A stretch of DNA of 33,956 bases from a bacterium. GTDB taxonomy: Bacteria > SZUA-182 > DTGQ01 > JAFGSM01. The DNA is taken from NCBI GenBank assembly GCA_049472335.1, contig JBLIRO010000053.1:1-33956 (forward strand), in the 5' to 3' direction. Of the stretch, positions 1 to 8,174 are shown piece after piece. Position 1 is the stretch's first letter. Each line of letters begins with the position of its first letter. Under the pieces are notes generated by a model. That model saw nothing but the letters and a program-made list of their open reading frames with translations. It ran no database searches and was not told the DNA's origin. The translations under genes and the position numbers were made by a program.

Positions 1-422
1 GTGTTCAATATTGATATTGTTGTGTATCCCAATATAATATTGGCACCCCTAATTTTATCAAGATCTTTTTCGCTTAAGCTCTTTTCAATATCACTTGGAA
101 TTGGACCTAGTTCAATACCAGCATATTTTGATTGCGCCAAATCATGTAATTTTAAGGTACTGTCCAAGTCATGGAAAGATTTGAGCAAACTTTTATTTTT
201 GTAGGAGGCTATTAACATCCATCTTTGGAATTCACCCCTATAGTCCAAATACTTTATGCCCATAGGCTTAAGAATGCGTATCTTTAGAAGATCATCATTT
301 GGGAATTCACAGGCTTCTAAATTATTAACCGTCTCTTCAAAAAACTTGAAATAGGTATCTACCCATGAATCCTCTAATAATAACTTTGATACACTATTTG
401 GTGAAAGATACAGTTTGGTCAT
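1..422 (-). CDS. Integron cassette ORF, hypothetical protein, runs off the left edge
   Basis: Not in the ORF track. ATG at 420-422 lies just after the attC R' box; frame MTKLYLSPNSVSKLLLEDSWVDTYFKFFEE... stays open for 140 codons to the window edge; AT-rich like the neighbouring cassettes. Confidence 0.75.
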   Translation of the reverse strand, partial: MTKLYLSPNSVSKLLLEDSWVDTYFKFFEETVNNLEACEFPNDDLLKIRILKPMGIKYLDYRGEFQRWMLIASYKNKSLLKSFHDLDSTLKLHDLAQSKYAGIELGPIPSDIEKSLSEKDLDKIRGANIILGYTTISILN

Positions 423-434
423 GACTTTTTTAGT

Positions 435-532
435 GCCGAACGATTGAACTAAGGCGCCGCACGAGCATTTACCAAGAGGCTCTCCATTTCACGGCAAGTT
501 AAGTGAGGTCGCCTTCAGTGAGTTTGTTAACC
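435..532 (-). mobile_element. Integron attC site (attC-1, 98 bp)
   Basis: Minus strand: R'' GGTTAAC, AAACTC, ACTGAAGGCGACCTCAC ... GTGCGGCGCCTTAGT, TCAATC, R' GTTCGGC. The arms pair with two extrahelical bases on the R'' side; the site starts 4 nt after the cassette stop codon. Confidence 0.9.
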
Positions 533-536
533 CCTT

Positions 537-1133
537 TTATTCTATTGGCATCAAATACCAATGAATTAGATTTGGTAAAAATTGAATCATATGTTCAATG
601 TCTTCTTTTTTAAAGTTACCACCTATAAACAAAATACCATTTCTGTTTTTTTCCCATTCTAAAGAAAAGCGCTCATGATCACGATTTAGGTGTGTAATTC
701 CACTAGCAAGCTTGTAGACACTTCTTATATTTTCCATTTCTTGTTGATAACCAAGTTTTTCAAGTTTTTTCCTAACCTCAACAGGTTTTGGAAAATTTCC
801 TTTATTATATTTTTCTGCCATTTCTGGGGCTACACAAACTAGCTTATATCCTGCTAGAGTCTCAACAGATGATCTTTCACAAACCATTGCATCTGCAATT
901 AAACCTTTTTCTACCAAAGTGAATGCTGAAAAAACGTGATTAAAAAACCTTGCAGATAAAAGCATTTTAACATTTCTTAAAGTAGTTAGTGGTGTTAATT
1001 CAAGGGTTTCATAAAATTTTGAAAACTCATCAACTGCGTCAATCCATTCATTCATGAATTTTTCTATAATCATAGATGATTCTTTTTTTATCGACTCAGA
1101 ATGTTTGATCAGATTATCAAATGAGTATTTCAT
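537..1133 (-). CDS. Integron cassette protein, DUF5677/HEPN-like helical protein (198 aa)
   Basis: ORF bracketed by complementary GTTAACC (1151-1157) and GGTTAAC (526-532) boxes. RSSVE ... YKLASGITH resembles DUF5677/HEPN-type motifs; family call tentative. Confidence 0.7.
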   Translation of the reverse strand: MKYSFDNLIKHSESIKKESSMIIEKFMNEWIDAVDEFSKFYETLELTPLTTLRNVKMLLSARFFNHVFSAFTLVEKGLIADAMVCERSSVETLAGYKLVCVAPEMAEKYNKGNFPKPVEVRKKLEKLGYQQEMENIRSVYKLASGITHLNRDHERFSLEWEKNRNGILFIGGNFKKEDIEHMIQFLPNLIHWYLMPIE

Positions 1134-1150
1134 GTAGTTTTATATTTGAT

Positions 1151-1283
1151 GGTTAACGATCACTCGCCGGAACTGCTGCAATACAGAGGGTATTCGTTTG
1201 TAAATAGCTTATTATAATACGATTTATGCCTGATAGCAAAATCAGCTAGTGGTTCCGGTCGAGTGCAACGATTATGGTTAACC
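1151..1283 (-). mobile_element. Integron attC site (attC-2, 133 bp), degenerate L'-R' spacer
   Basis: Minus strand: GGTTAAC, CATAATC, GTTGCACTCGACCGGAAC ... GTTCCGGCGAGTGATC, GTTAACC. Pairing and bulges are typical, but L' abuts R' with no ~6-nt spacer. Confidence 0.8.
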
Positions 1284-1327
1284 AATATTTCCGCCCACTT
1301 ATGGATACTTGTATTTGAATATATTTA

Positions 1328-1357
1328 TTGCTCAACTTCACACAGAAGCAATATACT
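1328..1357 (+). promoter_or_regulatory. Possible sigma70-type promoter in a gene-less segment between attC sites
   Basis: TTGCTC-N18-TATACT; the context is AT-rich so a chance match is possible. Confidence 0.3.
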
Positions 1358-1396
1358 ACTTACCCCGCTAAAAATTTTCTATGTATCACGGGGCTT

Positions 1397-1457
1397 GTCC
1401 AACAAACGGTTCAGATTGTGGCTCGTTCTTCACACAATCTAACCTTATTCGTTAGGC
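1397..1457 (+). mobile_element. Integron attC site (attC-3, 61 bp), apparently inverted relative to the array
   Basis: Plus strand: GTCCAAC, AAACG, GTTCAGAT, TGTG...CACA, ATCTAAC, CTTATTC, GTTAGGC. The layout matches aadA-type attC with the extra C in the left L box. Confidence 0.85.
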
Positions 1458-2299
1458 ATGCTACCTAATGACTTAATACGTTTTTTTTCAAGGAGATTTC
1501 GTATACCTTCAGTGAATTTCTTCGTAGTGTCTTTATGATGTTGAACCTGACTGATGAGGAAAACCAACACAGTACGTATACTTGTTGATTGTTTCAAACC
1601 CTCATCTTCGGATAGGTCATGTATTCCTTCACTCAATGCTTCGTATAATATACCAAGCGGGTTATAACCTTCTGGTCTTAACGTATCTGGAAGAATATCT
1701 TTTACAAGCCTAATCTTCTCGCTTGTTTGTCTTGTGGTCTTAACATCTTCGAGAATTTGCATATATTTAGTTTTCTCTTCTCCCTCCAACAGAACCTCAA
1801 TAGTTTCTAATAACTCATCTATAATCATCTCTACACTTCGTCGGTAATAAGCGTGCGCTGCAATCCCATAGCCTTGCGCTTCGCATATAAATCCTTTTTT
1901 GAATGTCTCTTTGTGCTCCCCTAACATTTTGGCTAATTGCCGATCTATTGAAAGATCCCACGGTGGATACTGCCCTGCCTTCATAATTCTTTTTCCATCT
2001 TCGTGAAAATGTATGATAAATCCTCGCCAGAACTGGTGACAGTGAATGCAGACACAAATGGCTGCCAATGTTTTACCCTTGAATTCAAAGTTGTCGGAGT
2101 TTCCACTCCTTACGACTCCGGCATTCCCGAATGACCTCTCAACTCTGCAATTATTACAATAAGCAGAAAAATGGGGGAGTACGAACTTCAGAAATCCATT
2201 ACCTTTTTCAACGGTTACTTCGAACCATTGATATAATGGCGCCTTTTCCAAAAATTCTACAAACGTCATATTATTGTCAGGATTTGGAGAACTATTCAC
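1445..2299 (-). CDS. Integron cassette protein, CxxC zinc-ribbon plus DUF4145/HEPN-like domain (284 aa; ATG at 2269 is an alternative start)
   Basis: CNNC and CIHC pairs, followed by GIAAHAYYRRSVE ... LYEALSEGIH. First ORF after the attI-like site; its 3' end overlaps attC-3. Confidence 0.7.
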   Translation of the reverse strand: MNSSPNPDNNMTFVEFLEKAPLYQWFEVTVEKGNGFLKFVLPHFSAYCNNCRVERSFGNAGVVRSGNSDNFEFKGKTLAAICVCIHCHQFWRGFIIHFHEDGKRIMKAGQYPPWDLSIDRQLAKMLGEHKETFKKGFICEAQGYGIAAHAYYRRSVEMIIDELLETIEVLLEGEEKTKYMQILEDVKTTRQTSEKIRLVKDILPDTLRPEGYNPLGILYEALSEGIHDLSEDEGLKQSTSIRTVLVFLISQVQHHKDTTKKFTEGIRNLLEKKRIKSLGSMPNE

Positions 2300-2324
2300 G
2301 TAAAATACTTTCTAATTTTGTGTC

Positions 2325-2478
2325 GGTTAACGTAGAGCAATAAGCGGAAAGTTTTCCGCCATATCGCCTCATATAGATGGACAAAATTTCCACTTATTCT
2401 GATATTGTTCACAAAATGTGGAAAACTTATCCTTTTACTTTCCACTTATTACATTTTTCTTATTTTTTTCCACTTATT
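2325..2478 (-). mobile_element. Putative attI region
   Basis: Core GTTAACC (minus, 2325-2331) sits between the first cassette and the divergent intI remnant. TTTCCRCTTATT occurs four times: inverted at 2339-2350, direct at 2387, 2439 and 2467. Confidence 0.6.
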
Positions 2479-2498
2479 GCGATAATAGCTGAAAGCAT

Positions 2499-2725
2499 AT
2501 GGAAAGTCAAAAAAAATAAACATAAATTCCGGTCTAATTCCGACTCCAAGCTCATGGACCAGGTACGCGAGGTTCTGCGTTATCATCACTACGCCTACCA
2601 CACAGAACAGACCTGTTGCCAGTAAATACTTCGCTATATTTATCATTTGACGGGAAAACCCATCCTCTCAGGCTTGGTGTAAAAGATGTGGAGCAGTTTC
2701 TCTCCCCTCTCGCAACCGAAGAGAT
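2499..2725 (+). pseudogene. intI: Integron integrase N-terminal remnant
   Basis: Reconstructed MESQK/NKHKFRSNSDSKLMDQVREVLRYHHYAYHTEQTCCQ*ILRYIYH/FDGKTHPLRLGVKDVEQFLSPLATE matches the IntI N-terminus. It has two frameshifts, a stop at the conserved Trp (2623-2625) and no catalytic domain. Confidence 0.9.
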
Positions 2726-3026
2726 ATGGGGGAAAGATGGGGACATTGTTTACTAATCTTACTTATCTATCATTTCTTCTTCCAGCCTTTTTGCCAGAGC
2801 TAAACCACCAGCTATGCTGGGGAGGATGGCAAAAGCAAAAAGGGATAAATGTAGCCAGCGGGTATGCAGGAAGATAATCAAAGAAACTAAAGTAATATAT
2901 TGCTTCTTCAACTATCCTGGTTTCCTTGCTCACTGGAGGGCTGTGGGCTGCCATCGGAAGATACAAATTCACCGTCTATGGAGAATAACTCTTTGTAATA
3001 ACTGCCGGACAATCAAGTTCCGCAAA

Positions 3027-3057
3027 CGTTGGAGAGGTGTACCCTACTTCTCCAACG
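3027..3057 (-). terminator. Hairpin downstream of the beta-propeller gene
   Basis: CGTTGGAGAAGT-N7-ACCTCTCCAACG, 8 nt after the stop codon; short U tail. Confidence 0.5.
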
Positions 3058-3065
3058 CAACTGAT

Positions 3066-6000
3066 TTATAACAAATCCGACAGCTCAGTGTACACTATTT
3101 TAACAATTGCCCTGTCTAGTGTATCATTCAACAATATCCAATATCCTTTGCCGGATTCCAGGGTCTCTGTCCTTTGATATCCGATACCCGGAGCGCAACC
3201 ATAAACGACTCCAATGGTGCAGGTATCAGAAAAGGGCTGGGCTGAACAGGTACAGCAGCCAATCATAAGCCAGCCGTCCATATGCACGGTAAATGCGTAC
3301 TCTTTAATGGACCGGCCTGAAAAGTGATAGCTTTTATCTTCATCCAGCAATATCCAATATCCCTTGCCGAACTCCACCCTGTCTTCATTCGGCACACGGA
3401 AATACCCAACCTCGTTTCTATATCCATACATTACCACTGCGTCAGGAAACAGTTCCGAAACCTTATTGCCATATGGAACCACAGGAAGGGATATCATGCT
3501 CCATCCCGCAGGGAGGTCCAATTTAATATCCATATCCACAACATGGATATTCGGATCAAAGTCATCGGAATCTCCTTCCAGGATGGCGGAATAATTACCT
3601 TCCGGGGCGCATAGACATCGCACATCACCATAAACACCATAACCGTCCATGTCCTTATCGAGATAATATTTGATGCAGTCAAGGGCCCCTTCATCATCAA
3701 TGAGCCCATCACAATCATTGTCCTTTTCATCACATAACTCATGAGCGTCGGGATTGATCAACGCGTTCTGATCATTACAATCCGAATTATTATCAACGTA
3801 TCCTGAAGGGCAGGCAGATACTCGAATTTCCTGGTTAGGATCTCCGAATCCATCCTTATCCATGTCAATATAGCAATACTTATACTCGCCGAACGCGTAG
3901 ATTTTTCCGTCATTGCTTCCGACATACACAATCCCTTCAGAACCAATGGCCGGGGAAGACCATACCGCACCATCCGTGCCATATTTCCATTTCAGGCTGC
4001 CATCCGGGTTCATTGCAAAAAAGTCGTGTCCGGACCCAAAATAAATCGTTCCATCCGCGCCCAGGGCGGGGGAGGAATAATAGACCGGATTCTCGGTGTT
4101 ATATTTCCAACTTAAAAGGCCCTCAGGGCTTATCGCATAAAGATACTTACTGGAGGTACAATAGACCGTTCCGTCATCACTGGTGGCAGGTGATGAATAG
4201 ATCCAATGCTCCGTTTCATATCTCCATTTCAGGGTCCCATCCGGGTTTAAGGCATATAGCTTGTTGTCACCACTCCCGATATATACCGTGCAATCTTCAC
4301 CAATGGCAGGTGAGGACCATACACAAAATCCCACTTTATAACTCCATTTCAGGCTGCCATTTTCAGGATCGAGGGCATAGACATTTCCGTCATAGCTGCC
4401 GCAATATATGGTACCATCATCACCCACAGCAGGTGAGGAAAAGATCCATCCCCCGGTTTTATAAGCCCATTTCAGGCTGCCACCCGGGTTGAGCGCATAA
4501 ATTCTGTCATCACCATCCCCTCCTCCGAAATAGATGGTTCCATCTATGCCAATAGCAGGAGATGATGTAATCATGGAAGGTGTCTGAAAATCCCATTTCA
4601 AAGTGCCATTAGGATTGAGGGCATATAATTTTTTATCCCGGCTTCCGATATAGATCGTTCCGTCCGCGGCTATTGCAGGAGAGGATTCGATCTCGCCTCC
4701 GGTCTCAAAGCTCCATTTCAGGCTGCCATTAGGGTAAAGGGCATAGACATTTTTATCCCTGCTTCCGAAATAAATGTTCCCATCAGGACCTATAGCCGGG
4801 GAGGACTGGACATCATCACCCGTTTGATATATCCATTTAAGCACATTGCTTTGCGTCCCAGTATATGGGCTTTGACCGGTATGTCTAAGATCATGTCCTT
4901 TACACGGCCAGGCGCTATTTGCCGGGGCGCTACCTTGTGTTTGAATCTTTTCTACAGTCACATTAAAGATACATGTGACAGAATTGTCTGAATAATCAGA
5001 GGCAGCTACATTCACAATTGTCATTCCCAGAGGAAACGGCGAACATGGCTCAGGATCATAAGTCAACGAAGGATTGGGGTCCATATTATCGCTCACCTTT
5101 GCTGCGTAGGTCACTTTGCTCATATCGCCTGAAGTCAGGACAGTCATGTCAGGCGGACAGATAATTTCAGGCGGCTCCAAATCCTCTTCAATTTCTTCAC
5201 CTGTCATGAATGCATATAGACTGCCGTCATCGCTCCCAATATAAACCATGCCGTCTGCGCCTATTGCAGGTGAGGAAATGATGCTTCCACCGGTTTTATA
5301 AGTCCATTTTACGCTCCCGTTTCCAGGATCAAAGGCGTAAACCCAGCTATCCATGCCTCCAATATAGATTGTGCCGTCCGCGCCAATGGCGGGTGACGAA
5401 TATAAGTCCTCCCCGGTTTGATAGCTCCATTTCAAACTTCCGTCCTCCTTATGGAGGGCATAAAGCATACCTTTCATATCCCCGAAATACAAGACTCCGT
5501 TTGAACCAATTGCAGGTGAAGTATAAATTTTCTCACCAGTTTCATATGTCCATTTTATACTCCCATCTCCCGGATTCAATGCATATACATTGCCGTCAAA
5601 GCTTCCTGCAAAGATGGTGTCATTATTATCTATTGCCGGGGATGCAAAAACATCGTCCCCGGTTTCATGGCTCCATTTCAGACTTCCATCCTCCGGATCA
5701 AGGGCATATATCATGTTGTCATCAGAACCAATATAGATTGTTCCATCATTACCTATAGCAGGTGATGACCAGATAGAGCTTTCGGTTTGATAGCACCACT
5801 TTTGGGTGCCGTCCGGATTTACGGCATAAATCCTGTTTTCCCGTCTCGCAAAATAAATTGTACCGTTTGGGTCGATTATGGGTGAGGACTTAATACCTTC
5901 CCATCCTCCTGCATAGAAATCCCATTTGATTGTGCCGTCCGGATTGAGGGCATAAAGATAACCGTTAGTGCTTCCGACATAGACCGTATCATCCGCACCG

Positions 6001-7748
6001 ATTGCCGGCGTGGAATATATACCTTCTTCTGTATTGAACATCCATTTCACACTCCCATTTGGGTCTAAGGCATAAAGATTCCCATCATAACTTCCAATAT
6101 ATACTGTATTATCAGCCCCAATGACAGGGGATGAAAAAATGTATCCGCCGGTTTTATAGCTCCATTTAAGGGTATTGTTCTGAGCGCCTGTATAAGGGCT
6201 CTGTCCGGTATGTCGCGGATCATGCCCCCTGCATGGCCAGGGGCTGTCAGCCAGGCCTGTTGCCCCTAGCCGCACAGTAATCTTAAAGCTGCATTTGCTC
6301 CAATTGCCCGACATATCAGTGGCGGTTATTGAGACCTCTGTGACCCCGGTTGGAAATATAAAGTCCAGAGGAGGATCATAGGTTATAAAAGGCTTATGAT
6401 CTATGTTATCCGTGACTGATGATGAATAGGCCACCCGGGTGCCGCCGTCCGGGGCATTGATAGATATATCATCAGGACAGACTATTTCAGGAGGGTCCGT
6501 ATCCTCCAGATGGCTGAACGCGTAGACCTTGCCGTCATTGCTGCCCACATAGAGTGTGCCGTCAGCCCCTATAACAGGAGAAGAATTGATCCGGTCTCCC
6601 GTTTTGTAACTCCACCTGAAAGAGCCATCCGGATCTATGGCATAGATCTTACTGTCCATGCTGCCAATATATATGGTCCCGTTTGCACCAATGGCAGGGG
6701 ATGACATGCTGCAGCAACGATCATCCCTGCCTATCCCGCTTCTCCACTTAAGGTTGCCATTCGGGTCCAGGGCATTGAGAAAACGGTCATAACAATATTG
6801 ATAAAGCCCCCAGTCGATTTCTATAGAAACCGATTCCTCGCTCGCAAAAAAAACCGTGCCACCCGCTCCAATAGCAACTGAAGCGACATATCCTCCGGGT
6901 GTAATCTTGAAGCTCCATTTTAGATCACCTCCCGGATTGATTGCGCAAATCTTGTCTCCGCTTCCCATATAAATCGTTCCATCATCGCCTATGGCCGGCG
7001 CGCATCCTATCCACGCGCTGGTAGGATATTTCCATTTCAGATTCCCGTTTGGGTCAAGGGCATAAAGGCTGGCATCATAACTCCCAAAATAAATCGTCCC
7101 ATCGGATCCAATGGCGGGAGAGGAATTTGCCCCGTTTGTCTTGTAGGTCCACTTTATCGTTCCGTCTTTGTTGAGCGCATAAAACTGATTATCATGGCTT
7201 CCAAAATAGATTGTGCCATCCGGGGCAAATAGCACTGAGGAGTAGATCCATCCGCCTGTTTTAAATCTCCATTTCAGATTGCCATTCGGATCGAGAGCAT
7301 ATAGATAATCTTCATTGTTACCGGAAAAACTATTGGGATCATTGCTTCCGAAAAAAATTGTGCCACCTTTGCTGACTGCTGGTGAAGAATATATCCCACC
7401 CCCTGTTTTATAACTCCATTTCAGATTCCTGTTCGGGTCAAAGGCATAAAGATTGGAATCCCTGCTTCCGACATAGATCGTGCCGTCGATTCCAATAGCC
7501 GGAGATGTATAAAAGCCGCCCCCTGTTTGATATGACCACTTCAGGGTACTGGTTTGGGGACCAAGATAAGGACTCCGGTTTGTACGCCTTGAATCATGAC
7601 CCTCGCAAGGCCAGGCGGTATCAGCCAGTTCGCTGGTTTCCGTGACATCAGCGTATACTTTTGAGCAAAAGGATTTATCAAAAAAGAAAGTAAAGAGAAA
7701 AAGAGAGGAAAAAAAGATATTCAGAATGATAAGATTCTTTCTTTTCAT
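3066..7748 (-). CDS. Secreted PQQ-binding-like (BamB-type) beta-propeller repeat protein with HYR domains and Asp/Cys-rich putative metal-binding repeats (1560 aa)
   Basis: Signal peptide and GGAGG RBS. Three blocks of SSPAIGxDGTIYxGSxDxxLYALxPxGxLKW repeats, each opened by WPCxGHD; two DxxPPEIxCPxD HYR domains; DxDxDGFG..DCND..ELCDEKDNDCDG; C-terminal LPAGWSMISLPV..GKGYWI domain. Confidence 0.93.
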   Translation of the reverse strand: MKRKNLIILNIFFSSLFLFTFFFDKSFCSKVYADVTETSELADTAWPCEGHDSRRTNRSPYLGPQTSTLKWSYQTGGGFYTSPAIGIDGTIYVGSRDSNLYAFDPNRNLKWSYKTGGGIYSSPAVSKGGTIFFGSNDPNSFSGNNEDYLYALDPNGNLKWRFKTGGWIYSSVLFAPDGTIYFGSHDNQFYALNKDGTIKWTYKTNGANSSPAIGSDGTIYFGSYDASLYALDPNGNLKWKYPTSAWIGCAPAIGDDGTIYMGSGDKICAINPGGDLKWSFKITPGGYVASVAIGAGGTVFFASEESVSIEIDWGLYQYCYDRFLNALDPNGNLKWRSGIGRDDRCCSMSSPAIGANGTIYIGSMDSKIYAIDPDGSFRWSYKTGDRINSSPVIGADGTLYVGSNDGKVYAFSHLEDTDPPEIVCPDDISINAPDGGTRVAYSSSVTDNIDHKPFITYDPPLDFIFPTGVTEVSITATDMSGNWSKCSFKITVRLGATGLADSPWPCRGHDPRHTGQSPYTGAQNNTLKWSYKTGGYIFSSPVIGADNTVYIGSYDGNLYALDPNGSVKWMFNTEEGIYSTPAIGADDTVYVGSTNGYLYALNPDGTIKWDFYAGGWEGIKSSPIIDPNGTIYFARRENRIYAVNPDGTQKWCYQTESSIWSSPAIGNDGTIYIGSDDNMIYALDPEDGSLKWSHETGDDVFASPAIDNNDTIFAGSFDGNVYALNPGDGSIKWTYETGEKIYTSPAIGSNGVLYFGDMKGMLYALHKEDGSLKWSYQTGEDLYSSPAIGADGTIYIGGMDSWVYAFDPGNGSVKWTYKTGGSIISSPAIGADGMVYIGSDDGSLYAFMTGEEIEEDLEPPEIICPPDMTVLTSGDMSKVTYAAKVSDNMDPNPSLTYDPEPCSPFPLGMTIVNVAASDYSDNSVTCIFNVTVEKIQTQGSAPANSAWPCKGHDLRHTGQSPYTGTQSNVLKWIYQTGDDVQSSPAIGPDGNIYFGSRDKNVYALYPNGSLKWSFETGGEIESSPAIAADGTIYIGSRDKKLYALNPNGTLKWDFQTPSMITSSPAIGIDGTIYFGGGDGDDRIYALNPGGSLKWAYKTGGWIFSSPAVGDDGTIYCGSYDGNVYALDPENGSLKWSYKVGFCVWSSPAIGEDCTVYIGSGDNKLYALNPDGTLKWRYETEHWIYSSPATSDDGTVYCTSSKYLYAISPEGLLSWKYNTENPVYYSSPALGADGTIYFGSGHDFFAMNPDGSLKWKYGTDGAVWSSPAIGSEGIVYVGSNDGKIYAFGEYKYCYIDMDKDGFGDPNQEIRVSACPSGYVDNNSDCNDQNALINPDAHELCDEKDNDCDGLIDDEGALDCIKYYLDKDMDGYGVYGDVRCLCAPEGNYSAILEGDSDDFDPNIHVVDMDIKLDLPAGWSMISLPVVPYGNKVSELFPDAVVMYGYRNEVGYFRVPNEDRVEFGKGYWILLDEDKSYHFSGRSIKEYAFTVHMDGWLMIGCCTCSAQPFSDTCTIGVVYGCAPGIGYQRTETLESGKGYWILLNDTLDRAIVKIVYTELSDLL

Positions 7749-7933
7749 TCCAGCCTCCTTTGAGGATTGGGATGTGGACTGATCAGATATTTAATTACTA
7801 ATATTATACCACATAATAAAAATCTCCTTATTAAAAATGTGTTTTGCTAAAAAGAGACATTAGAAATTTTAAGTGGATTTAGAAATTTTTATAACAGAAT
7901 TCGATTTATTCTATAAAAAACCCAATAAATTCT

Positions 7934-7962
7934 AAGTAAGAATACATAAAAATATTCGTCTT
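7934..7962. repeat. 29-bp upstream motif, repeated at 9621-9649
   Basis: AAGTAAGAATAYATAAAAATATTCGTCTT, 28/29 identical, upstream of both copies of the propeller gene. Confidence 0.85.
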
Positions 7963-7986
7963 TACATAAGGAAAATTTAAACAATA

Positions 7987-8016
7987 TGCTGTCCCCGCCC
8001 TGGGGCGGGAACAGCA
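7987..8016 (-). terminator. GC-rich hairpin, probable terminator
   Basis: TGCTGTCCCCGCCC-TG-GGGCGGGAACAGCA, 14 nt beyond the stop of the silent C-terminal copy. Confidence 0.65.
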
Positions 8017-8030
8017 ATAAGAAACAAGCC

Positions 8031-8174
8031 TTAACGTTTTTCTATGCTTATATACCCAGTCTTGGATTTACCAATAGACGTAGGACCATAATAACCATAA
8101 TAGGGATAAGGCGCCGGATACGCATAGGGATAAGATGGATAAAATGGTTCATCTACTTCTGTTTCAAACGTTTT
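8031..8174 (-). pseudogene. Out-of-frame diverged copy of the C-terminus of the 245-aa protein
   Basis: Reads KTFETEVDEPFYPSYPYAYPAPYPYYGYYGPTSIGKSKTGYISIEKR*, against ETFEIEVDAPFYPPNPYTAFPYYYGLNATIDKSDTGSITIEKR in the gene. Confidence 0.85.

Noticed and set aside
1..204. 67-aa plus-strand ORF
   Set aside because: Shadow of the minus-strand cassette ORF starting at 422.
2377..2625. 82-aa ORF as an intact gene
   Set aside because: Its first half translates the attI region; only the second half is intI-derived.
2763..3071. Short ORFs between intI and the propeller gene
   Set aside because: Overlapping on both strands with no recognisable family; probably gene debris.
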